NCBI RefSeq assembly: GCF_040938485.1
Contig: NW_027270897.1
Location: forward strand, 1,116,001-1,180,000
Source of the DNA: Diadema antillarum
Taxonomy: Eukaryota
Direction: 5' to 3'
DNA: 64,000 bases
Shown here piece after piece: positions 37,733-50,600 of this stretch. A program made the translations under genes and the position numbers. Numbering within the stretch: the stretch's first letter is position 1; each line of letters begins with the position of its first letter. The notes under the pieces are model-generated. The model saw only the letters and a list, made by a program, of their open reading frames with translations, had not been told where the DNA came from and searched no databases.

Positions 37733-40700
37733 CTAGGCAAAATAGTCATTAATCAAGTCGTCTCTGACTTGTCGTCCTGACACGGCGTCAGCCCCTTCCT
37801 CATGCTCCTCGGCCTCTTCCTGAAACAGAGCTTGTGGCACTTCGACTTCAGGTTGGTTGAGTCGCTTGCTTATGTTGTGCAGACAGGCGCATGCTGTAAT
37901 CACATCACTGGCCCGCTCTGGCAACATGTGAAGGCCTGACCCTAGGAGACAGCGAAACTTACACTTTAACTGTCCATTCACCTGTTCGATGACAACCCGG
38001 GTGCAGCTGTGTGCTCTGTAAAGAGTGGAAGTTATTACATCAAGAAGTAAAGCTTTGTCTTTGTGTAAAATTGTATTTCTTAAAAACAGAAGACTTGCAC
38101 TTTTTAATTAACTCTTTATTTGTCATGGTGGAAACCCCCTGTGCGCCACATTATTTTGAGACATGAAGTTAGTCATGCTTTGAGAAAGATTTCTGTATTT
38201 CCAACCTTTATAACTTCTACGAATTTCTGGTAAGCTGGACATAATATTGAGCAAAGTTGAAGAGGAATGCCAAGCTTAGCTTTGATATAAATTGTATGAC
38301 AAATCTATTTCTATTTATTGTTTTTATGACCAGAGTGTAAAAGCATGGCTTTTGCACATAAAACTGTGAGAGAAACTAAGAATTTACATGCAAATTTAGT
38401 CGGGAACAACACTTGATAGTCAATCACCACATAGAATGCAAACTGTATGTAAAAGGAACAAAAGCTCGAGAAAAGCTTTCATTGTACCATTGGATTAGGC
38501 GGTTTTTAGATTGGTTCAAGCGAAATAGTGCGTTTGAACAGAATATGCGAAGTTGGCATGCCGTCCAACTGGTGGGACGTGCGATCATGGCACGTAAAGA
38601 GTTAATTCAGTGAAAGAGATTAGTACGTACTGGTTGTATCTTCTTTCAGCTTGTGTGGCAGGCAGGAGTTTCGGGGTCATTAGCCAAGGCTTGAGTCCAT
38701 ATCCCGAGTCCCCAAGCATCAGTCCATTCAGAAGTCCAGCCTCAAAGCCACGGCCAACTGCACTGGTCTATCAAAAAAGGAGGATATTTTTATTGTGTTT
38801 CATTATCTCTAATTATACCCCATTATATTCATATGATTAAAGATATTCTTTATTGAAATTTTTGTAGTACATGTATTATCATAAAATACGAGCAATTGTT
38901 AATGGAGGATATTCAAGATTCGCATTATTCTCATGCTTTTTTTGCAAATCAAGCTTGTTTTTATGCCTCCGCCCTGAAATGTCGCCGGAGGCATTATGTT
39001 CTCGGGTTGTCTGTCCGTTCATCCGTCTGTTTGTCCGTCCTTCTGTCCGTAATTCTATTTTTTGGGCAGCATATCTAAAAAACTTTTAGAGGTATCCTAA
39101 TGAAACTTGGCATGTATATGTATGAGTGGGCGTAGTTGTGCCTATCAACTTTTTGGTGCACATGCGACAGGTCAAAGGTCAAAAGGTCAAGGTCAAATGC
39201 TCAAAATTTCACTATTTCCCCTATATCTATGCAATGTCTGGATGTATTTTCTTGAAACTTGGTGTATACATGAACTATCAAATAAAGATTCCCCAGAGAG
39301 AGCTTTTGGGTCATGAGATTAAAGATCAATGGTCAAAGGTCAAGTGAAAATGTTAAAATTTCACTTTTTTCTCCATGATCTCACAAATATTTCAAGGTAT
39401 CTCCATGGAACCTATGCATGTTCTGACTGGCAGTGATCATGTAGGGGAATTAGGGGTCGTGGGTGGAAGATCAGGGGGTGAAAGGTCAAGATGAACTCAT
39501 CCAAATGTCATTATTTCTTTCTTATCTATGCAATTCTTGCAGGATTTTTTCTTGAAACTTAGTGTATGCATATATTACCCAATACAGATTCTCTTCAAGT
39601 TTCCTGCCTAATGGTCAAAGGTCAAAATGTCAAATATCAATTTAAAGTGTTAAATTTCAATTTTTCATTAAAGTTGTAAAAGGATCAAAAGTTGGGTACA
39701 GAAATCCTCAAATCCCCAAATACCTGCACTCTTAGACAGTATAGACATTCATCTAAATAAACCATGTTCAAGGATTGTGAACACTCAATGCATTTGTGAC
39801 AAACCTGTCATTTTGATATTTTGCCAGTCATATGACACACATTGTCAAGACATTGTGCTATAGTCCTACATGTATTCGGAGAACCATGCATTATAGAGGA
39901 GGCATACCAGTCGCCATAGGGACATTTCTAGTTTGTTATATTTCTGATTGTATGAATTCCTTAGAAAGAATGGATAAACCCTATAAAGGCTCAGAAAAAT
40001 AAGGAATTTGATGACAATTTCCCTTTAACATTTTCTAAAATGAGAACCAATATAGAATTTAAGTGTTGTGCATACATTCAATTATCAATTCTTGTGCAAT
40101 GTCCAGACTTTAGTTCTGTTGATGGATTAAGTTTCAAAAATATAAGGATAATAATTCAAGGAAAGAAATTTTAGTGTGCATTTCTTACTCTTAGAATTCG
40201 ACTATCGTGAGTGCTTCCGGGCCATCTTGCTGACACGCTTGTTATTTGGTATTTAGCATTGCACGTAAGCTGCACGTTAATGCTGTAAAACCCCTTGCGG
40301 TTTACGTAGAGATGTTCTACATCACCAAGAGCCACACCGTTGATCTGGACATGGGTTCCATCAATGGCTGCCACAACCTTGGGGAATTGGGCCAAACGGA
40401 AGAAATCAAGCTGTGTCTGTTGAACATCTTGGGGAGAATGAGGGAATTTGATGAACTGTGGAAAAAGAAAATATAATTATTGAATTGATTAAAGTTTTTA
40501 TATACATTTCCATAGTAATGCTCAAGGCCAGTAATTAGTGTGAAGGGAAGGATCAGTAGTTGCTCAATTTGAAAAAAAAAGATTCAATATCACAGTTTAT
40601 ATTTCCACTGATGTTATGATCATTGATTTTAGAAATGTTGGGCCACTTTATTTTGTCGACAAGTTATGATAAAGGTGAAAAACAATGTTTTACATCTTCA

Positions 40701-42096
40701 ATTGTTTCTTCCACTGTGAGATATTTAATGAAAACGTAAGTGACGGTTCAGCAATGTTTTTGTTCATTTGGCAGCATGCTAGTCTATATGATTTCTCTGT
40801 CTTTTTTTTTTATTTCCTCACTTAAATCTCACTTAAGTACTTTAATTTCTACAGTGCCCTCTAAACAACTACTGAGCCTCCCCTTCAAAGCTATTTACAT
40901 GAATTCATCTGTACTTGCTTTTCATGTGTTTAAAACAATGTGAATCCATAAGTACCAAGTGGAATATGACATTAACTATTGATTGACCAAAAGTGTAATT
41001 GCCATGTATATGATAATGCATGAAATGTACAAATGTTTGGTACTAAGAAATCAAAGAATCGAATAGAGTAGATACATATTAAAGCTTCTCAACATTAAAT
41101 CATCAGAGTATGTTCCATGAATGGATAGAATGTCAGAGACGAATTGATATTTATAAGTGCAGGAAATGACCGTTAACGTAGAGCTGTGATTGGCTGTCAA
41201 GATAAGCAAAAAGTTCCCAGCAGCATGCTTATAACAGCATACTAAATTCGTAGACCCTATTCTGTGCCGCTTGCATCGTTTTTGTAATCAACAGCTTGGA
41301 AAGTATTCAATTCAATCCATTGAGTTAAATGTACATATGTTATAGCATAATTCAGATTAAAGATTTTGCAATTCAGATATTTTTCATCCGAAACTAATAT
41401 ATGCATATGTATATATATGTTTACGTATAATTTATAAAAGTCTATTGACAACTGAAATTTCTATACTACAATGTTATTTATTTCTTGATGAAAATGTTTG
41501 CGTTGACTGCAGAATTTCAGTTTTTATTGATGTTTACAGTATGTGGTATTTTAAGCAATAAATTTCAAATCTTAACATGATACTATGCTATTGCAGTTAT
41601 TTTGTATTTGTCTTGATTTAAAGCAGAAAGACAGTTTTGGGGTATGTGAAAACATTTTAAAAGCTTTTTTGGCATAAATTACAGTATTTGATCATGATTA
41701 TGTAGAAAACTCATCCAGTACTAAGAGTTTTCTCCAAACTGACCTCTTGTATCTTTTATAAAGCTAATATATTTTAATTACTTTTCACTTTGTTCGAGGG
41801 CCTCCGAACAAATCTGTACACTGTGTCAGCTATACTTCACAAGGGGTAGTTAATGATTACTCATCTTCAGTTCAAAGCTTGGAAATTGTTCAGAAATATT
41901 TTGGATAGTGTTTTATGAAATATAGAAGAATTCTTTTATTTTAGAAAAAGAAATACGTCTTCACAAAACTATCTTTGTGATTTAAGTTGGCCATAATTGT
42001 TATTACTAGGCCTATTCTTTTTTATTATTTTAATTTTTTTTTTTGGTAAAACATTGCGGGAGGGTTTTTGAAATTAGTTTCGCATGTGTATTGTGT

Positions 42097-42129
<33 letters not shown>

Positions 42130-44324
42130 TTAGTGTGTGTGTGCACGAGGCTGCGTGTATGTGCTGGTGCATTTATACTTACCACATACTAGTAATTTCT
42201 GACAAAATTAAGACCCACAATCTTTTGAACAATTTATTTCTTTGATTTCTTTGTGATTAGAATGCTTTAGTTTATATTTTCTTACAAATCTGTCTTATAG
42301 GTCCACTATTCATTTATGATTACACTAATAATTACCCTATTGATTTTCTAGTATTAAAAGCAATATTGATTGTAATAATCATAACAGTAATAACAATAAT
42401 TATTGTTGATGTTTTCAATACTTTTTAATGCCATCTAGTTATTTTTTTTTTTTGGGGGGGGGGGGGGGTGAGGGGGTGGTAAATTAATTAAGGAGGTGTC
42501 AGTGCCACCGTTCATAAGTAAAAAGAAGGGCTAGTTCACAAAAGTTGTGTTTGCTCGGGCATCAATCACATAGCTTTTTTTGGGGGGGGGGGGGGGGAGG
42601 GGGGAAGAGTTGTCCTGGGTGAGACTGATTTCAAGTACAGTTTTTTTCTCCGTTGAAGTTTGAACATTTCCCTTGTATCATAATACTTGAGATATCGTAA
42701 AAAATGAAATGTAAATGAAACAACAAAGTAAAATAAAAGAAAAATAATGTACTATACTTGAAATGCTGCCAGCTTACGGCCGACAATGGCAATGAACAAC
42801 GAGATACTACTGTATCCAAAAAAAAAAAAAAAAAAAAAACCGACAACATTGCATTGCAATCGCAATGTGAGAATGCATTCGGCGCGGCCTGAGACCCCAA
42901 GTCGGTGGAACTTCATTAACATTCCATTTCCTTCAGACTTCGACAGTAAGTTATAGTTTAAACTTCATAGCTTCTCTGGCCTCTTTCTGAAAATTTATAC
43001 GAAGCTAAGGTAGAAATCAATACATTAGAATATTAAAAATGTCGAACTGTATTAAACCAGTAAAATTTAAACGCGATCGCTATGTGTGTACAGTGGCACC
43101 CAACACTCGTGGGTAGGTATGGGACTAAAGAAATTGCATAATACGCTGCGTACCTGACTCTTCATGTGCCGTGGCGTGGTAGAAACCCCCTTTGTGCCAC
43201 ATTTTTCGGAGACATTATGTCACTTCTTTAGATATCTGTTGAGCTGGGGCAACTAGTGAGTAAAGTTGTAACTGTTAGAGAAAATGGCAAGCTTTGCTTT
43301 GATGCATTATTGTACGTTGTATGCCAAATCTATGGTGGTTTTTCCTTCACATGAGTCTGACCAGTGCCAGTGGCAGTGGCAGTGCAGTATACATCTATAG
43401 GCTTAGCTACTATAAAGTGTACAATAATGTACATTAATTGCTGCAAAGGCATGAGTTTTGCAAACTTTACAGTGACAGAAACTAGCACCTCTTCATAGTC
43501 GTTCTCCACATGAAATGCAAGCTATTATATGAGAGGAACGGTAGCGCGAGTAACCCTTTCTTTTCTACCGCGGCATTAAATTGGAGATTCATTTATTATT
43601 TATCGACAGCCGCTAGCCGGTATCAGTTGGGAGCATTATCCTTCTTATAAATGTGTTTTTTTTTTTCTTTACGTTCAAACAAACAGAAAATTAAAGATTG
43701 GTATCTCGGTGCAACCTAAAATAAAGTTTAAATTGAATGTTTTGTAAGTGTTGATTTTTAAACCAATCATTCCATAACTTGAGTTTAAAACTAATGAATG
43801 ATCAAAGTTATTTCACTGTCAGTACAGTGAGTGAGAGGTAAACTGTGAGTGTGAAAATATGTAAGTTAAGTTACATCATATTCATAGTCTCAAGTCTAGT
43901 TCACTCTAACAGGCTTAGAATCAATGTGTAATAGTTTGAAGGATGATTGTTAAGAGTAACTTACTTGGTCCTTCTTTGCACAGATGGCTTTTGTCACTTT
44001 TCGTACGATGCGCGAACATGTTGGGATGCTGCAGCCATGCAAACTGGCAGGATCATCAAGCACACTGCCAGTTGCGAAGAAGTGGAGGGCAATACATACT
44101 TGAAGTGCAGCTGGCACAGCATGGCTTCTTTTGGTTTGTGGCTGCAGACTCTCTTCCAGTACATCTATAATGTAACCAACTCCTTCTCTGGTGAAGCGAT
44201 ACTTTTTAAGCATTTCGGTGTCGTCATAGATATCAAAGGGGTTTGTGCGATCTCTAAAGATGCGCTCTCTGCGCATCGCAGCTTCTGCAAGAGCATTGAT
44301 GAGTGCAGCCATTTTGGTTGTCAA
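37733..44324 (-). CDS. PIF/Harbinger DDE transposase (HARBI1-like nuclease, DDE_Tnp_4), 4 exons, 348 aa
   Basis: Exons 44324-43965, 40455-40189, 38767-38631 and 38015-37733; GT-AG, phases 0/0/2, 1047 nt, no stop. Catalytic motifs AIDGTHV, LGDSGY and RVVIEQVNGQLKCKFRCL are present, as are the family motifs YRFTR, LHFFATG, NRKGFYSINVQ, WPGSTHDS and ACACLHN. Confidence 0.95.
38962..39932. mobile_element. Helentron/DINE-1-like element in transposase intron 2
   Basis: TATGCCTCCGCC..CGGAGGCAT start, (TCCG/TCTG)n block, central repeats with AGGTCA clusters, GAGGCATA subterminal repeat, hairpin and CTAGTT end; same family as 52125-53407. Confidence 0.8.
42100..42143. repeat. (GT)n microsatellite
   Basis: Direct read. 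Confidence 0.9.
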
Positions 44325-44627
44325 GGCTCAGGGACAATTATTTCGTCAGTGAAAATCATCTTCGTCGATAGGTTTTACCCATCGACGAATTTATTGAAAA
44401 TTCGTCGATGACTTCAAGATATTCGTAGCTGGTTTTCATCGACGAATTTTCATGAAATGCAAATTCGTCGAAGAAAGTAAAATCGTAGGTGAAAACGTCG
44501 TTCGTCGATGAAAACCTTCGACGAACTCGTTGATGAAACGCCCCCCTGATGACTATTAGACGCCCAATCAGTGACCAGGCAATTCCTTTATTTGTATATC
44601 CGTGTGTGTTTGTTTCTACTGCTCCAG

Positions 44628-47600
44628 CAGGCAACCCTGTTCCAATCAGTCATACACTTGGGCCCCCACCGCCAGGCTACCTGGCCGCAGAGCCCTTACC
44701 CGGACCAGTGCTACCCCCGCACCATCCTGCCTTAGTCCCACCCATTCACGAGGGACAGCCCCTGCCCCTCACGGCTCCATCTTCCATGCTTGGACCCCCG
44801 CTGATCAGCCAGGAAATGCCACCTGCGGCTGATGAAAGGTGAGCTGCCTTATCCTCGCTTTGCAGAAGTGCCACAAGTAGACACTTGCGGATGTGGAAGG
44901 AAAATGTAACAAGGTCTTGTTCCAGTCCACAACTTAAGTCAATATTGACTCTGGAAAGCTGGAAGGTCATAACTCTGTACAGCAAAGCATGCTACTCGTA
45001 CATATATATATAAAATGTGACATATAGCCCTTGGCTTGCTTGCTACACAACACACTTGTGGTAAAGCAATGTAGCATGGAGGAAAATGAAGATTGATAAT
45101 GGCATGATATGATTACCTCAAGGTTAGGCGGTGGAAAAGAAACTTAATTGTTCCATAAATTCCTTCTGTTGAGTGACAAAAAGCATCTTTCCTGTTGATA
45201 GAAATCAAAATCTTTGTTGACATTCCTTCATTATGGCATTGCAATTAAGGGACGTGACATAAAAGTGGAGCCTTGTGCATGTTGAATTTTGTTGCACTGG
45301 GATCAGGAAGTTAATGCCAATTCCCTATGTTGTGATGGACAAGAGTGGTTCTGTAAAAAAAAAAAAAAAAAAGATGTGGTGTTTTATTTTTTGCAGTATA
45401 GAGTAAAATTTGTAAATCTGAAATTTGAACTGACCAATGAAATGTTTAAGTTGACTAAAAGTTATGTGTAGTAATACCGGTCACAGACTGCTTCGTCCGT
45501 GTAACTTGACTTTAACTTTGCAGAAGCAGTCTAACAAACTTTAAATGTATCATTGAGTGTTGGCTTTAGCATGAAATGGCGTCAGAACTCATTGGCTGTC
45601 CAATCCTCCGTCACATTTTTCGTCTGGCAGTGCAATCGGGACCCAGCGTCCCCCCATCGTTCCGCCCCCTCCCGACATCCAGCCAATCATCGACAAGCTG
45701 GCCAAGTACGTGGCCAAGAACGGGGAGGAGTTTGAGGCCAGCGTGCGGGACAAGCACGACCCCCGCTTTGAGTTCCTGGTGCCCTGGCACAACTACAACG
45801 CCTACTACCTCGCCAAGAAGGACATGTTTCTTCAGGAGTTTCGCCAGCGGGAGGAGGGAGCAGATGCGGCTGACGCTGAGAACAGGAATGCTGCTGAAAA
45901 GCAGAAGAAAGGTTGGGGGAAAATCTGCTCAGTTACATCACAGTAGAATTATCACATTTTCCTCCTTACTGTACTTCGTACTTCATTCCCCATACAAAGT
46001 GTGATAGCAAATATATGACCTCGCTACAAATTCATTTCAGTTCACCACTTTTGGTCCATATGATGTTTTATCATTTTCTTTTTTTTTGTGTTGTAATTTT
46101 TGTGATAAATAGTGAATGCGAGGAGCAGCATGTGATTTCAATAATCAGAATGCACAGTCTGGATACATGCTGCGTGCATGAGTCATGAAGACACTGAAGC
46201 TGCATACTGTTGTATACATAGTTATTAGTTGTTGGCTTGTAAGTGATACTGTAAATGTATGACTGCACTGGAAAATTCATATTGAAGTAAATTGATATTT
46301 GTTGTTGGGAATGCACAGAATATTCTGACCTCATGGGATTTGAAATGCTATTTTAGGGAGGTTAAGAATCCCCTGACTTTATCTAGAGACCTATAACATC
46401 CCTCAGTATCATTCAAACACTCAAGATGGAACATTCTAGACATTTCTCTCTGTGCCAGTTCTCATCTGCATCATGTGGCTGACTTTATTTCTCCCCAGTG
46501 CCTGTGAGGTTTCCCATTAAGCCAAAGAGAGCAGAGGAGCGGACCCTAGAGAGACGGAGCGCCCTTCCACTGGAGAGCAGCAGTGACTCCGAGGAAGAGG
46601 GCGAAGGGGATGAATCTACCTCAGGAAGCCATCGACGCACCACAGCCCGTGCAGGGGACTTTCCAGCAGGGGCACAGCGGGGATTCCCCCCTGAGATGCA
46701 GAGGGGATTTCCCCCTGAGCTGCAGAGGGGATTTCCCCCCAGGCAACAAATGGACTGGCCCATGGAGGAGGGCAGGGTGGGGGGAGGTGGGGAGGGGAGA
46801 GAATGGACTGCCATGGGGCAGGAGGGGGGCATGGATCCGTCGTACATCAGGGCCATGGAGGCTCAGGGGAGACTCGGCGTCCAGCAATTCATGGGGGAAG
46901 AGGACGCCACACAAAGCAGACGGTGCGGCAGTGCTTACAGCGAGGATCAGGGAAACGGCAGTGAGGGCAGATTTGCAGATGACGGCAGGGAATCTACAAG
47001 GACTGCTGGTAAGTCTTCCTCGACGTTACATCTTCCTCACTGCAAAAATGTCACTCATTCTGCGTGGTCTCATGAGGAATGTGATTATTTTTAGGGAAAC
47101 TGCTTGTGTCATGTTAAGGATGATAGTTTCCATATCCACGATATCTTAAAAATACACATTAGTTTTTACCCAAATTTAAGTGAAATCTGTGGTTGAAATT
47201 GTATTAATGTTTAAAATGTAAAGTGTAGTTTGATGGAGACAGAATGGTGACATGATCGAGAGTGCCCAACTGAATTCTTTGTTGTATCTGCTACGAAATG
47301 GCCCGGGGTTCCAATGCCAGTTTCTTAAACTTGCAGTGACATGTGGCTTGTAACACTGTATCATGGTGTATATTATATGCCCATATGTAAATGGTGCAAG
47401 ACTGTCTAATCCAAGTGTATTTAATGGTTGTAACTTCGCAATGATGGAGTGATCTCATCCTTGTCGTTGCCACTCATTCTGGTCCGTGGTCCTTGCCAAA
47501 TTTTTATGCCAACATTTTTCTATAAAACCTCAAGATTCAATAAGACGGCGCAAACTTTTGCAGTGCACTGAATCAATCGTGGAAATCCTTCCTCTCTTCC

Positions 47601-50600
47601 TCTTTCCTTTGCATTTGATGTTGCCCCACCCTCATTGTTCTGTCTTCTGTCCTCCTCTTCCTTTCTACTGTTACATCCCTGCTCCTTGTCTCTCCCTCAC
47701 CTTTGTTCCCTTTGTGCACCATCCATTTACCCTTCACTTTACCCTTTACATTACCCCTTCTCTTCATCCCTACCTTCCTTTGCCCTCACCTTGTCCCCAT
47801 CGCTACCCTTTACCCTTTATTTCTCCCTCCCATCTCGTTCACCTTTCCCCTCCCTCTGCACCTGCCTTACCACCTTGCACCTCCCTGTTCTCCTTTGCAT
47901 TGCTTTTAAATTTCCCCCTCTTTACATATCTCCTTCCTCTTTCCATGACCTTTCTGTCACCCCTCTCCCTTCATCTGGCCTTTCCCCTATCCCACCCCCT
48001 CCCCTATCTTTCTTTCTACCTTACCCACTGCTCTTCCCGTTTTTACTCTTTATCTATTCTTATGCCCCTCCAAACCCTGGCCCTTCCACCCGTTGCTTTT
48101 TCTCTTTACCCCTTCCTCTCCTTTCTATCACACCTATCCACCCCCATGCCCCTGCCCCTCCCCTCCCCTCCCCTACCCTACCCTACCTCTCCCCTACCCT
48201 ACCCTACCTTACCCTACCATGGTGGTCCCAGGGAGCCAACCTCGTCTGGAGGACCGGCTGGCAGCGGCTGCCAGGAAGAAGCTGGCTAGCGCCTCTCAGG
48301 AGCGCAGCCTGCAGGTGGAGAGGCGCAAGAAGCTGGCCCTCTTCCTCAATCAGGTGAAGGATCGGCCGCAGGCGGCTGCAGCAGCTCAAGAGAGTGGAGT
48401 GACAGGTACGTCCATCTCACTGCACTAGTCTGTCCTACATCCACACTTACCTAAATATTTATTGCACTAACATAGATGGTAACTGTGACTTCTTTACCAA
48501 AAAAAAAAAAAAGAAAAGAAAGAAAAATGAAAAAAAGAAAGAAATCTGCAGGTTTGATTGAAAGTACCCTCAAATTGTATTAATGTCTATTGAAGGAAAG
48601 CTAAAAATATTGTTTTTAAACCAATGATACTCCTTTTCAGCTCTCAAAATACTGCAAAGGTTTCAATACAAAGTTGGCTTCCCGGACACTAAACATCACA
48701 ATCTTCTAACCAGAATTTTGTCTGATCATAGCACTGAGATAACTGTCTGTGGATCAAGGTTTGATGGCTCCAAGTTCTCTGCTTCTGAAATGGCTGCATA
48801 AAGAGTGGAATTTTTCGGTCTTATCTTTGACTGTAAATCCTGGCCTTATGAGATCTTTCCAAATCATATTTGGGATTCAACCTTCCATTGTTTGTGATTT
48901 GCCAAATTTAATTTGATTTTGTCAGATATTTCTCCATATTCTAAGATTTTTAGCATGTTAGTATCTTCTTAAATGGATCCTTCCGAAGATTAATCACTTT
49001 TTCCAGATATTACATCAGTTTGCACTATAATCATGAAATGTCAGACTTAACCTTGATCTCTTGACTTTAAATGCATTCATTCTATTCAGACCACTATAAC
49101 AACCAACCCCTAAAAAGAAAAAAAAGAAAAGAAGTTTCAAATTTGTAAAACATCTTAAGGACATAGCTGGAGAAAGTAAGATATCAGAATTCAATTTCTC
49201 TACATTTTTTTTTAATTATTTTTTTTTTCTAGTTTGTTTCTAACCAAATCATTTGTTTGGCAGATTTCTGGACTTAAATGTCTAGCAGACTAATGTGGTA
49301 TTGGGCCATAAACTTAGCTTAGTTGTGTAAGAAACATGCAAGGCAGTGTATTGACTGCGTGGAAGAATCATGGCACATTTTCATTTGGATTTACCAGCAG
49401 CAAGAGCAGACAATTGCAAGAAATGAAATGACCCGTGGAAGACAGGAAAAGAGAATGGGAAAGAGAAAGGAAAGGGAAGGAAACTTTGCTTTTGATATTA
49501 AGGGTGGGGGGGGGGGGGGTCACAAACTCATGCTCCAAGAGAGCCCTCCTTCTCTCTCCCATTGTTTATATGTAGGGCAGGGGTTACACTCCTTTTCATG
49601 CCATGATGTGGTCAGGTCTTTCGTAGTTGTAATCTCTACATACTTCGCATAGGGCCTGCATAGTTAAAAGCGAAGTAAATGTAAATGTCACAGGATTATT
49701 AGCCCAACATGCATATTATGAATTCTAAGCTGTTATGTTTGCGGTCAGTTGTGAAATGAAGAGAAAGTAGCTCCTGTGAAATGTGTGTATATATATGTGT
49801 ATATGTGTTTGTTTGTTTGTGTATACGTATGTTTTTTCCCAAAAAAACTTAGTGTATGCCCTCAGATCTCTTTCATATGCTGTTAAGATTTGAAGTAAGA
49901 TTTATGAAGCAAAATTTTGATTTTTTTTTAAATTCGTTTTTTTGTGTGTGTGCAATAGATGTTATGAAAATATGTCACTGTTGTCATGTGAAACAATATG
50001 ACAGTATGTGTGTACTTTGTGTATTCTTTAAGATCCTGGTTTTTCTAAGATTCAGATCCTATTGTTAATGAGCAGACTATAGCTAAATTGGGGTGTATTT
50101 CATTGAATTATGGCTTGCTTTGTTTTGAGTCCTGCTTTCAGACTTGATAATCTCACTGACATTTTTTGACAGACTCTGAGCGAGATGAGTTTGAGAGAGG
50201 CAGGCTGCTGGGAAGACCAAGGTCACCGCAGGTGTCAAACCGAGGCGAGCAGGCTCAGAGTGCTGGTGTATCGCGTAGCGCCATGTACGGCGACAGCCGT
50301 GGCGGCAAGAGGGCGCCCCCAGTGCCCAAGTCTTACCAGACAGCAGTCAATCGAGGGGCGGTAGAGAGGTGAGGGTTGACCAGCTCGGTGTATATCTCTA
50401 CACATGATGTGTGCTAGTCTTTAAACAAGAATGTAGGAGATAAGTGCTTTCTATTACTGTGGTACAGTCTGTAATGTGGACATTTTCAAAAATGTTGTGC
50501 TCTACTAAACTTGCCCCCAGAATGACAGCATGCAAATGTTTAAAAAAAATGTTATTATGATGTTATGACGGACTAATCTTGTCTGCAGACTTGAAAACAA

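Larger units (their letters stand above)
27604..44545. mobile_element. Full-length PIF/Harbinger DNA transposon (16.9 kb)
   Basis: Left CTG|GGGGTGTTTCATCAACG (27601-27620); right CGTTGATGAAACGCCCCC|CTG (44528-44548). CWG flanks are known for animal Harbingers. The element contains convergent transposase and Myb/SANT genes that start about 220 and 320 bp inside the ends, and subterminal GACG-motif arrays. Confidence 0.9.

Noticed and set aside
37733-44324. Calling the transposase the host gene HARBI1
   Set aside because: It sits inside TIRs beside a Myb partner; this shows family membership, not orthology.
47486-48357. ORFs of 267 aa and 240 aa
   Set aside because: Stop-poor frames produced by the pyrimidine tract; the true exon starts at 48232.
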